Assembly (NCBI GenBank): GCA_030668875.1
Contig: DAOVER010000024.1
Coordinates: forward strand, 12,428 to 44,427
Direction: 5' to 3'
Origin: Candidatus Heimdallarchaeota archaeon
GTDB lineage: Archaea > Asgardarchaeota > Heimdallarchaeia > Heimdallarchaeales > Heimdallarchaeaceae
Length of the DNA stretch: 32,000 nucleotides
Part shown: piece by piece, positions 1 through 8,553 of the stretch
Layout of the letters: each line of letters starts with the position of its first letter
Position numbering within the stretch: position 1 is the stretch's first letter
The notes under the pieces: generated by a model
Seen by the model: only the letters and a program-made list of their open reading frames with translations
Database searches by the model: none
What the model was told of the DNA's origin: nothing
Made by a program: the position numbers and the translations under genes

Positions 1-16
1 TAATAAGAGAGCATCG

Positions 17-541
17 ATGGAAGAGATGATAACTCTTATTTATGAAACTGAGAAATTACCTGAGTTTATTGCGGAATCTGTTGAAGCTCAATTCAATGAA
101 ATAACAGACTTCCATGAATTACTTGATTTAATTCTGCTTGATACTCAAGAACTGTTAGCTGCCAATGAAAACGTTTCTATAAAAGGTAATGATATCAATT
201 TTGATTTTGTTAGGAGAAGAGAGGTTTTCATACCTGTAATTAAAACAATGGTTGAAGCAGTCGAAAACGTTATTTTAGGAGAACTTTTTGCAAAAAGCAG
301 TAAAATGACTAAAGCTGAAGGTAGTTACAATCGAGCTAACAAATTATTCTTTGAGGTTAGTGAATCTCTAGGTAGAATCATAAATTACTTAGAAGATCAA
401 AAAGAGCTCCCAAAATTCATTTACCAATTGTCATTGTTCAGTAGAGAAAATGCTTCTTCTATAAGAAACAGAAGAAAAAGACAAGAACCGCCATACTCAG
501 ATATGATTACAACTTTGGATTACCTCATACTTAACCTTTAA
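17..541 (+). CDS. hypothetical protein (174 aa, helical, acidic N-half)
   Basis: Open frame with ATG and native-looking composition; 38 nt upstream of the GTPase gene on the same strand. No motif recognised. Confidence 0.75.
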   Translation: MEEMITLIYETEKLPEFIAESVEAQFNEITDFHELLDLILLDTQELLAANENVSIKGNDINFDFVRRREVFIPVIKTMVEAVENVILGELFAKSSKMTKAEGSYNRANKLFFEVSESLGRIINYLEDQKELPKFIYQLSLFSRENASSIRNRRKRQEPPYSDMITTLDYLILNL

Positions 542-579
542 ACACTCAGATTTCAATGATTAGTAATTAGGGAAGCATC

Positions 580-1485
580 ATGGAGAATCTATTTCGGTTA
601 AAGCAAGACACAATACCAATCGTACTTATTGGTCTTCAATATGCTGGAAAAACTACACTTGTAAGCTGGTTAAAGGAGAAACGTTTTACTCGTCCAAAAC
701 CTACTGTTGGAGTAGTAGTTGAAAACATAAAAATAGGTGATATACTTTTCAATATTCACGATATATCAGGGCAAGAAGTTTTTCGAGAAAATATATGGAA
801 GTCCAATATATTAACATCCATGGGAGTTGTTTTTGTTCTTGATTCTTCTGATACTTCAAGGTTAGATGAAGCTTTCACTTGGTATTGGAAGATGGTAAAG
901 GAATGGTTAATTGAATCTTATTCAGATAAAGCAATTCTCTTTCTAGCTAACAAATCTGATCTGAAAACCGCCCTTAGTCTAGATGACATAATTAGCAAGA
1001 TGAAACTGGATGAAATGTCTTCATATCCTAATATTTCTTTCCAATTCTTCAAAACTTCAGTAAGAAATGAAGAAAACATTGAACTTTCTTTTAAATGGTT
1101 TATTTCTAAGATTAAGAGTTTTAGGAAACTTCAATTCAAGAAATTCAAGGCACTCATTGTTTCCGATATTTTTGGAAATCCGCTATATGTTTATGACCCT
1201 GATAAAATTGCACAAGACACCGGAATGTTTGTCGGTTATATTAAAGCTTTGAGTGGGTTTGCAAATGAGATTCTAGGGCATGAGCAATTTAAAGTTCTGA
1301 AAGTTGATACAAACCACTTCTTCATTTCAGAGATTAATGAACACGTTGTGCTCATTGCAGTTGATCAAGAAGAAGCACTTCCTGAAGCGCGTAGACTATC
1401 TATATTGTTACATGAGTATTTAAAAAATAAGAATGTTGATATAACTACAGAATTGAACGTGCTTTTGAGTGACTATGTAACATAG
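580..1485 (+). CDS. Arf/Rag-like small GTPase fused to a C-terminal longin/roadblock-like domain
   Basis: G1 GLQYAGKTT, switch I KPTVG, G3 DISGQ, G4 NKSD, G5 region KTSV. The C-terminal ~110 aa follow a longin-like pattern (LIVSDIFGNPLY...YIKALSGFANEILG...VVLIAVD). Confidence 0.88.
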   Translation: MENLFRLKQDTIPIVLIGLQYAGKTTLVSWLKEKRFTRPKPTVGVVVENIKIGDILFNIHDISGQEVFRENIWKSNILTSMGVVFVLDSSDTSRLDEAFTWYWKMVKEWLIESYSDKAILFLANKSDLKTALSLDDIISKMKLDEMSSYPNISFQFFKTSVRNEENIELSFKWFISKIKSFRKLQFKKFKALIVSDIFGNPLYVYDPDKIAQDTGMFVGYIKALSGFANEILGHEQFKVLKVDTNHFFISEINEHVVLIAVDQEEALPEARRLSILLHEYLKNKNVDITTELNVLLSDYVT

Positions 1486-1561
1486 AAAGAATTTTAAAAG
1501 CAAAGAAGTTCCTTCCACAAAGAATATAAAGACTTTAAATTTACTTAATATTGAGTTTCGT

Positions 1562-1566
1562 GGTGA
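1562..1566 (+). promoter_or_regulatory. Shine-Dalgarno GGTGA for the CDS at 1573
   Basis: GGTGA lies 6 nt before the ATG and matches the archaeal SD consensus. Confidence 0.6.
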
Positions 1567-1572
1567 TTATTA

Positions 1573-2157
1573 ATGGACTGTAAATTCTGTAAACTTGAAA
1601 ATATTGATTTGTTAGAAGATGGTATTACCTTTAAGTGCAGTCATTGTGGTTATTCATTTGATGTTGGTAAAACAGCTATACTATATGATAAAATGATGCA
1701 AATGCCTCTTTCTTCATGGTTGTTAGCATCTCTACTCTGGTTTTCTGCAATGGTAACAGGAGTTTTATTAGGTTTAGGATTTAGTAGTGCATCTTTATCG
1801 TCTACTATTTTGTTCCTATTCATATATGGAGCATCAGCTTTCTTATATGGTATATCCGCATCTATTGATTTCTTCAGTGCTATTTGGATATACATTAAAG
1901 GAACATTCTCAAAAGAGAAAATTTCATTTGATGAAGCTAAAAATGAAGTTCAAGTGAAAAGAAAAGAGAAAATAGTAAGTGAAATGGCGACCGGTCAAGT
2001 AATTGATGAAGCTACTGGAAAAACTGTTGACACAGATATTAGACCTGGGGAGAAGCGTGTTCCAAAAATTGCTCCTTCATTCTTAGCAGGTATTTACACA
2101 ATCGTTCTAGCTGTGCTATTTGTTATTGTGTTTACTACATTCTTTCCACCACCTTAA
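1573..2157 (+). CDS. membrane protein with an N-terminal Zn ribbon
   Basis: CKFC...CSHC at the N-terminus, a hydrophobic hairpin at about aa 45-105, and a C-terminal TM segment ending FFPPP; preceded by an SD. Confidence 0.8.
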   Translation: MDCKFCKLENIDLLEDGITFKCSHCGYSFDVGKTAILYDKMMQMPLSSWLLASLLWFSAMVTGVLLGLGFSSASLSSTILFLFIYGASAFLYGISASIDFFSAIWIYIKGTFSKEKISFDEAKNEVQVKRKEKIVSEMATGQVIDEATGKTVDTDIRPGEKRVPKIAPSFLAGIYTIVLAVLFVIVFTTFFPPP

Positions 2158-2184
2158 ATAGAAAAAATCTATTTTTTCTATTTA
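2155..2184. terminator. bidirectional terminator / perfect 13-bp inverted repeat between convergent genes
   Basis: TAAATAGAAAAAA-TCTA-TTTTTTCTATTTA: arms at 2155-2167 and 2172-2184, a T6 tract on each strand, overlapping both stop codons. Confidence 0.7.
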
Positions 2185-3044
2185 TTTATTAAAGAACGAA
2201 GATATTTGATATTGTCTACATCTGTACGTCTTTCATCGACAGGAGTTTCAAGTATCCATGGTTTCTTCCTCAAATCTGAATCCTTAATCAATTCAGAGAA
2301 ACCAATTTCACCTATTTTTCCCAAACCCAAGTGTTCATGTAAGTCTCTTTTTGAGCCCACTTCTGTTTTTGAATCGTTTGCGTGAACTATTGTTATTGAT
2401 TCCATCCCAATAGTTGCTTTTATTTCTTCAATAAAATTAGATACGCCAAGTTGATTACTGATGTCATATCCAGCAGAAAATGCATGACATGTATCAAAAC
2501 AGACCTTTACTTTCGAATCCTTAATTTCCTCAAGAATAGCTTGAATATTTACAAAAGTACCAGTAAGAGTTTTTCCCCCACCCGCTGAGTTTTCAACTAA
2601 AATAGTAACTTTACGTTCTCCAAAATCAATTCCTTTCTGAATAGATCCAACATATTTTTCAAAACCCTCTTGAAAAGTCCCTCCTTTGTAAGATCCAGAA
2701 TGAACTACAAAATAAGGAATACCTAAAATTTTACATCGTTCTATTTCTTTAAGAAATGAATCCATAGATTTAGTATAAATTTCATCATTTAATGAAGCGA
2801 GATTGGGAAGATAGGATATATGGGCTACAACTGGTGAGATATTATAATTCAAATGTTTTTCCCTAAATTGATCAATTTCCTTTTTGGAAATCACTTTGAA
2901 AGCCCATCCTCGAGGATTTTTGGTAAAAACTTGAAATGTAGAACAGCCAATCTTTTTAGCTCTATCAAAAGCCAAATCAATGGATTTTGCAATAGAAACA
3001 TGACAACCAATTTTCACTTCTTCAACCAATTCTTTCACAATCAC
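2178..3044 (-). CDS. nfo: endonuclease IV (AP endonuclease family 2)
   Basis: GCHVSIA, FTKNPRGW, AHISYLPNL, VHSGS, LVENSAG, CFDTCH, HANDS, DLHEHLG and ILETP metal-binding motifs. Confidence 0.95.
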   Translation of the reverse strand: MIVKELVEEVKIGCHVSIAKSIDLAFDRAKKIGCSTFQVFTKNPRGWAFKVISKKEIDQFREKHLNYNISPVVAHISYLPNLASLNDEIYTKSMDSFLKEIERCKILGIPYFVVHSGSYKGGTFQEGFEKYVGSIQKGIDFGERKVTILVENSAGGGKTLTGTFVNIQAILEEIKDSKVKVCFDTCHAFSAGYDISNQLGVSNFIEEIKATIGMESITIVHANDSKTEVGSKRDLHEHLGLGKIGEIGFSELIKDSDLRKKPWILETPVDERRTDVDNIKYLRSLINK

Positions 3045-3116
3045 AAATGATGATACTAAACTAGTAACAAATTACTAATAAAGTATTTGTAGGGTAATAT
3101 GATTTTTGGGATTATA

Positions 3117-4112
3117 TTAGAAATCATAGGATGATGCAAGAACCATATATTCTGACACCAATGATTTTAACTCTTGTTTTTGATCTTCTGAATCTTCTTG
3201 CAAGGCTAAGGAATAATATACTTTGGCTCTGACATAAGCTCTATATGATTTGTAAAAATCAAGCAGCTCAAAATGATCTTCAATCTTTTCTCCCATATTG
3301 TTCATGTATTGTTGAATGAAGAACTCAGATGATCTAACCTGTTTATGAAAATCCAAGTCCATTGAAAGAAAAGCTACTTCTTCTAGAATATCCTGAATCC
3401 TCAACATTTTGTTAAATTCAATACAGTCAAAAATTATTACTTCATTTTGATTATAGAAAATGTTTCCTACTATTAAATCTCCATGTCCATCTATGATTTT
3501 TCCCTCTTCTTTTCGTTTATCGAAGATTTCCTTATTTGTTTCTAGAAACTTGTAAACTCTTTCTTCTAAACTCTCATCAAAAGGGAAGCCAAGGTATGTT
3601 TTAGTAGTTCTGAAATTCTCATCCCATTTCTCAAAAATACTATCATAAATGGAAAATTCTGGATAAACTATATTTTGCTTATGGAATATGGATATTTCAA
3701 CAGCTATTTTCTGTAAAATATAATCATCTATAGAACCTTTGTCCTTTAAGATGCTCAGAAGCAAAGAAGACTGAGGAAGTTGAACCATCTTAACAAGATA
3801 TTCAACGGGATTAGATGTCAAACCAATTTTCCCTTGAGAATCAACCATCTCGACACTTAGATATAAATCTGGAGCCATTCTTTTGTTCAATACTAGTTCA
3901 GCTTTTATTGTTTCATGCCTTTTCTCCAAGGATGTGAAATCTAATACATCGCCAAATTTGATAGATTTCTTCATTTTATAGGCGTATTTACCGGTAAGGA
4001 AAATCCAACTTATGTTTGTTTCAATTACATTAATGCTTTCTTGAACCTCGTGTGGATAAGTTGATGGGTTCCTAAGTGTTCGTACTACGTCTTTCTGTGA
4101 TAGCATTTCCAA
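3117..4112 (-). CDS. aminoglycoside-phosphotransferase-fold kinase (COG2187-like, the N-terminal half of the bacterial APH-AAA bifunctional protein)
   Basis: IETNISWIFLTGKYAYKMKK, ELVLNKRMAPDLY, DGHGDLIVGNI, DCIEFN, EVAFLSMDL and YRAYVRAKV motifs. Confidence 0.88.
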   Translation of the reverse strand: MEMLSQKDVVRTLRNPSTYPHEVQESINVIETNISWIFLTGKYAYKMKKSIKFGDVLDFTSLEKRHETIKAELVLNKRMAPDLYLSVEMVDSQGKIGLTSNPVEYLVKMVQLPQSSLLLSILKDKGSIDDYILQKIAVEISIFHKQNIVYPEFSIYDSIFEKWDENFRTTKTYLGFPFDESLEERVYKFLETNKEIFDKRKEEGKIIDGHGDLIVGNIFYNQNEVIIFDCIEFNKMLRIQDILEEVAFLSMDLDFHKQVRSSEFFIQQYMNNMGEKIEDHFELLDFYKSYRAYVRAKVYYSLALQEDSEDQKQELKSLVSEYMVLASSYDF

Positions 4113-4647
4113 TCATCTCAAGTGTTTTGTAGTGATCTTCTGCCATATCGACTTCAATATGTGATAGATTTGTAGGTTCAAAGAGTTCTTTGTATTTTTC
4201 TAATACTTTTATATCAGCATCGCTTAAGGTTCTTCTGTTTCTTTTCGCTCTTTCTTCAAACCTCTTACGAATTAAGTCTTCTGGGGCTTTTACTATAACT
4301 AATAAAAATGTTGCATCAAAACGAGCGCAGATTCTACCAACCTTGCTTCTAAGTTTATCTTGATAAAATGTTCCATCTAACACACAACCAACGCCATGTT
4401 TCAGAAGGGTATAGAGAACGTAGTAGATAGTATCATAAACCACATTCCTCTGCCTTTGTGAATAAGATCCTCTACCGAAAGAATTTTGTCTGACATCACG
4501 AAATATTCTTTTTCTGACAGAATCTGTGCTTATGTGCTCCAATCTATATTTTCTTGCTAGTTTTCTAGCTAACGTCGATTTCCCAGTTCCTGGTAAACCT
4601 GCTAGTAAAATTACTAAAGGAGTTCTTCTACCTATTCGAGAACCTAT
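4072..4647 (-). CDS. P-loop kinase, AAA_33 / COG0645-like; start extended to a non-canonical ATA
   Basis: The ORF track starts at TTG 4542, but the same frame stays open upstream and reads IGSRIGRRTPLVILLAGLPGTGKSTLARKLARKYRLEHISTD. Walker A is at 4573-4599. Downstream motifs: STDSVRK, VLDGTF, RTLSDAD. The start position is uncertain. Confidence 0.8.
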   Translation of the reverse strand: MGSRIGRRTPLVILLAGLPGTGKSTLARKLARKYRLEHISTDSVRKRIFRDVRQNSFGRGSYSQRQRNVVYDTIYYVLYTLLKHGVGCVLDGTFYQDKLRSKVGRICARFDATFLLVIVKAPEDLIRKRFEERAKRNRRTLSDADIKVLEKYKELFEPTNLSHIEVDMAEDHYKTLEMIGNAITERRSTNT

Positions 4648-4652
4648 TTATG

Positions 4653-7646
4653 TCACTTCCTTTTCTGATGATCAGGACAGAGTATCACTGTTTCTTCTTT
4701 GAAGAGACTCTTTTTAACTACTTCCTTTCCATGAGTACTACAAACTACTTTTCCGCATTGTGAACATTTCTGAATATGATCATTACAGGAAAAATTTTCG
4801 CAGAATTCGCATTTCTCTGCATAATCAGTAGAAACAACACTTTTGCAGGATGAGCATACAACAGCATGATTTGTACAAATTATCTTTTTAGACAATGAAC
4901 CTTCTATAGTATGATCTTGACATAAAACTTTTCCACAAACACTGCAAACATTAGGAGTGGAAACAAACAACATTTTGGAAGATTTCTGTTCTAGACATAT
5001 TTCACAAAGAAGATGAATTTCAGTGCCTAAAGCTGATTCAGCTATCCCTTTAAGTTGGAGTTTATTGCCTTTCTCATCTGCTATAGATATTTCTGCGAGG
5101 GATACAGGTATATAGATAATTGCGGCATAAATATCTTTAATTTCACTAGCTTTTGGAATGATAAAATCCTTTTTACTTAGAGTAAAATTACTGTCTTGTA
5201 GAAGCTTAACTCTTGGAAATGATTTAAGCTGAGTATCGATTGATTTGATTTTTTCAACCCCTTCCTCAATTTCCTTTATGTGGTTCTTAATTACTTCTGG
5301 ACCAAACTTTATTGTTTCTAGAGCTTTATTGTAATCCCCTACCTCACTGTTGCTCTTAAATTTGTATTTGTCTGTCATCAAAGGTTTTAGAGCAACATAA
5401 ATTCCCTTAGCTTGTTCAATTTGAGCATGGAATTTCTTCACTCTATTTCTCTTACTATCAATTACTTTGAAAATCTCAGTTCTTTCATTTTGCAGTTCTT
5501 CTGCCCAGTGATCAATTTCAGCTTTATGTTCTTTTTCGATATTCACTAATCCTTCCTCAACAGATTTCGTCCATGCTTGCCCATAGAAGGTTTCATCAAC
5601 AAGCAACACATCATGAAAGGATTCCAATATTATTTCAGGAGTTCTTTGAATTTCTAACTTTCTGATATTTGAAGATGTAGCACCATATAAACTACCAAGA
5701 TTTTTGAGAGGAAGAACTGAAATGAGCTCTTCGAAAACCTCCTCAGCTTGAATAGGTATTGATTTCTGCCCCCAGATTTCTTCATCTCCTCCAAACTCTA
5801 TTTTATCAAGTAATGGGAATATTCTTTTGATCGGTAAATCAAGAGTTACTTCTCCCCAACGATCAGCATTTGCATAATTTACTCGAATTCTTCGTTTAGC
5901 TTTGATTCTGAAATCCAGGTACAAGAATGGTATGTAAGCTAGCTCTAGGTTTTGAGTCCCCAGATAACTTAATTTTTTGTTTCCGAAGAATTTTTCCAAT
6001 AGTTCCTTAAATTCAACAGGTTCGTATTTCAGATACTGATCTTTCATTGTTTTTATTATGTTAGAAAGATCAATTAGTTCCACTTCTGGTTCTTTCTCAA
6101 TGACTTCATGGAAATCATCCTTTGTTTCTGTAGGTAAGGTTTCTAGTCCTTCGGGTTGAGTTTCTGATTCTGAATCAGAAGTCTCCGTTTTATCGATTCC
6201 TGCTTGTTTATCTAAGAGACTTGTTCTGCTAGAAAACTTTCTTATTGAAGCTAATTCTTTCTCTAAATCATCTAAACTAAGTTCCTTTGAGATATCCTCT
6301 AAATCCATAGAATCGATATCGTGATCATAAGCGCCGATTTGCTTACATAATGTTGGTGGAGGAAAATCATACATTTTAGCGACGTCTTCATCTGATAGAG
6401 TTTTGTGGACTGAATAGAGTCTGCGAGTGCTTATGTGAACTGGATCAGGGAAGACATCAGGTGAAAGAATGTAAAATTCACCACTTTTGAATTGTTGTAA
6501 CTGGTCAACAATGAACCGTGCTTCTGGTTGAGATTGAAGCATGTTATCAACGATTCTGAGATCTTGAGGAGTAACAAAACGACCAAAGAAGAAAGTACTC
6601 ACTTGTCCAAAAGCCTTGTAATCGACATCACTGATATTTTGCGTTGCAACAAGCATTGACAAACCAAATTTACGTCCTTGTTTGAATAGTAATTGCAACC
6701 ATTGTTTCGTTACAGGATTTTTCGGATGAGGGGGTATGAGTTGTGGTGGTCCTGCTAATTCATCTATATAGAAAATCAATTGAGGATCGGGTGAAGGGTT
6801 AGATCTGATGTATGTATAGAGGCTCTGAGCCAAAGTTGTTATGTAAATTTCTCTTAGTCTTAAATTTGTCAAAGTATTCAGGTAAATTATAGAAATTCTG
6901 ACTTTGTTAGGATCTGTTGGTGTTATTAGAGTCTGAATTGAGAGTTTTGGCCCTAGATTGAATACTAATGAAGGTGCTCCAACATTGATAGATTTTATTC
7001 TTTTAATCAACGAATCTTTTTCTCTTTGTGAAAGCAGTGTTCGTATATTTTCTGGTAAGTAAGCAACTTCTGTTTTTATTAAATCAATCAACATCTCAAA
7101 ATCTGCTATCAGAATATCTTTGAGTAGACACTGTTCAAAAAGCGACACCAAATAAGCTTTAATTGCTCCTCCTCTTTCAGAATTTAGTTTATAACCCAAA
7201 ACATTGGCAATGGTTGTTGCTATTCCATCGATAGCAAGAATCTTTTCTTCTCTGTCTAACTCTTGAGGAGGCATGATTAGTGGGTTTATAGAAAGAGGTA
7301 TTCCTTTCTCTGATGCTGGAGTGAAAACAACAATCTCAACCTTATCTTTATACTGTTCAAAAAACTCTTTAGAGATACCATAAGGCTTCAACTTATCATG
7401 TTCCTCAACAATAACAAGACTAGTTATATCCCCTTGTGGATCAATGATAATTGCTGGGATATTATTCCTTACAGCTTCTTCGATGAGAATCTTACAAACG
7501 ACAGTTTTTCCTGAACCACTCTGACCAAAAACACTGATGTGTTTGCTCAAAGCTTTAACAGGTAAATAAACATCTTCCTGTGTGGAAAATTCTTTTCCAA
7601 TATGCATTGATGGGTTCTGAGCATTTTTCTCTGGCATCTTCTTCAA
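4653..7646 (-). CDS. HerA/FtsK-superfamily (DUF87-like) ATPase with a coiled coil and a C-terminal Cys/His repeat array
   Basis: Walker A GQSGSGKT, IIIDPQGD, Walker B IFYIDE, GRKFG arginine-finger motif, ATQ sensor, then an acidic linker, a coiled coil and a Cys/His-rich tail. The start may be ATG 7637. Confidence 0.88.
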   Translation of the reverse strand: MKKMPEKNAQNPSMHIGKEFSTQEDVYLPVKALSKHISVFGQSGSGKTVVCKILIEEAVRNNIPAIIIDPQGDITSLVIVEEHDKLKPYGISKEFFEQYKDKVEIVVFTPASEKGIPLSINPLIMPPQELDREEKILAIDGIATTIANVLGYKLNSERGGAIKAYLVSLFEQCLLKDILIADFEMLIDLIKTEVAYLPENIRTLLSQREKDSLIKRIKSINVGAPSLVFNLGPKLSIQTLITPTDPNKVRISIIYLNTLTNLRLREIYITTLAQSLYTYIRSNPSPDPQLIFYIDELAGPPQLIPPHPKNPVTKQWLQLLFKQGRKFGLSMLVATQNISDVDYKAFGQVSTFFFGRFVTPQDLRIVDNMLQSQPEARFIVDQLQQFKSGEFYILSPDVFPDPVHISTRRLYSVHKTLSDEDVAKMYDFPPPTLCKQIGAYDHDIDSMDLEDISKELSLDDLEKELASIRKFSSRTSLLDKQAGIDKTETSDSESETQPEGLETLPTETKDDFHEVIEKEPEVELIDLSNIIKTMKDQYLKYEPVEFKELLEKFFGNKKLSYLGTQNLELAYIPFLYLDFRIKAKRRIRVNYANADRWGEVTLDLPIKRIFPLLDKIEFGGDEEIWGQKSIPIQAEEVFEELISVLPLKNLGSLYGATSSNIRKLEIQRTPEIILESFHDVLLVDETFYGQAWTKSVEEGLVNIEKEHKAEIDHWAEELQNERTEIFKVIDSKRNRVKKFHAQIEQAKGIYVALKPLMTDKYKFKSNSEVGDYNKALETIKFGPEVIKNHIKEIEEGVEKIKSIDTQLKSFPRVKLLQDSNFTLSKKDFIIPKASEIKDIYAAIIYIPVSLAEISIADEKGNKLQLKGIAESALGTEIHLLCEICLEQKSSKMLFVSTPNVCSVCGKVLCQDHTIEGSLSKKIICTNHAVVCSSCKSVVSTDYAEKCEFCENFSCNDHIQKCSQCGKVVCSTHGKEVVKKSLFKEETVILCPDHQKRK

Positions 7647-7665
7647 TTAAAAAGAATAATCAATG

Positions 7666-7673
7666 TATAAAAA
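7666..7673 (-). promoter_or_regulatory. putative TATA box for the HerA-like gene
   Basis: TTTTTATA on the minus strand about 29 nt upstream of ATG 7637, spacing consistent with a leaderless transcript. Confidence 0.4.
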
Positions 7674-7696
7674 CTATTTTAAATGAAATGAAATAG

Positions 7697-7721
7697 AAAA
7701 AAAGAAGAGTTGTAAACTCTT
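7697..7721 (-). terminator. hairpin plus U7 tract terminator
   Basis: The minus strand reads AAGAGTT-TAC-AACTCTT-C-TTTTTTT immediately after the stop of the 7723 gene. Confidence 0.6.
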
Positions 7722-7722
7722 T

Positions 7723-8079
7723 CTACAAACCAGCAATTAAGAATAGTATTCCACCAATTATAACTAATAGTCCACCGATTCCGCTTCCTACAATACCAAG
7801 CACAATTAGTAGGATACCCAAAATTATCCAATCTAATCCGAATCTTCCAAGTGCCAAGAGAATAGAAATAACACCGATTGCAATCAATATTATACCTATG
7901 ACCAGAGCTTCTAATCCTCCACCAAGTTCACTAACCCAATTAGCTTTATTAAAAATATCAACAATACCACCTAAGGCTTCTCCAAGTATTGTTAATACTC
8001 CTACTGCAACTTCAATTGCTCCTCCTAGAACTGCTAGAATGGAACCTACATGTGAAAGTGATTTATTTCGCTTTGCCAT
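7723..8079 (-). CDS. small Gly-rich membrane protein (DUF4064-like)
   Basis: 118 aa, almost entirely hydrophobic helices rich in Gly; its C-terminus resembles that of the neighbouring gene. Confidence 0.8.
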   Translation of the reverse strand: MAKRNKSLSHVGSILAVLGGAIEVAVGVLTILGEALGGIVDIFNKANWVSELGGGLEALVIGIILIAIGVISILLALGRFGLDWIILGILLIVLGIVGSGIGGLLVIIGGILFLIAGL

Positions 8080-8146
8080 GTTAGTGGGAACTAGTTTTAT
8101 TATTTAAATTTTTAGGAAAAAGATATTTGTTTTTAATGAAAACATA

Positions 8147-8509
8147 TCAACGATTTCTTGTTGAAGCAACAATATAGATGCTTCCCCCAATAATGATTAT
8201 CACGCCTGGAATACCTAATCCTATAATTCCAACTAGAATAACTAATATTCCTCCTAGCAGGATTCGCTTTTCCCAACTCACGAGAATTATTGCCGATGCA
8301 CCAAGTGCTATACAAATAACTGTTAAGATTAAAGGGTGCAGTTCAGTAATATAAAAAGGTGTCCCAATAATCAGTCCAATAGCAAAACTAGGTAGGTCAA
8401 CAGTCATAAAATGGTATATGATTAGAACGATACCACCGATGATAAAGAGTATACCACCACCAATTGAAATCCCTTGACTAATTCTAATATACCCTTGTTT
8501 AGTCACCAT
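8147..8509 (-). CDS. small Gly-rich membrane protein, probable paralog of 7723-8079
   Basis: 120 aa, 3-4 TM. ILLGGILVILVGIIGLGIPGVIIIIGGSIYIVA compares with IILGILLIVLGIVGSGIGGLLVIIGGILFLIA in the neighbour. Confidence 0.8.
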   Translation of the reverse strand: MVTKQGYIRISQGISIGGGILFIIGGIVLIIYHFMTVDLPSFAIGLIIGTPFYITELHPLILTVICIALGASAIILVSWEKRILLGGILVILVGIIGLGIPGVIIIIGGSIYIVASTRNR

Positions 8510-8553
8510 TGTATTTCATTATTGATAATCCCTTTTAAGATTATGGGGAGAGT

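Noticed and set aside
10-584. Similar AGCATC(G)ATGGA context at the starts of the first two genes
   Set aside because: Only two short, imperfect instances that include the ATG itself; compatible with chance.
4653-7646. HerA-NurA, conjugative VirB4/VirD4 or defence-island interpretation
   Set aside because: No nuclease, relaxase, T4SS, integrase or other defence gene is adjacent, and there is no visible compositional shift.
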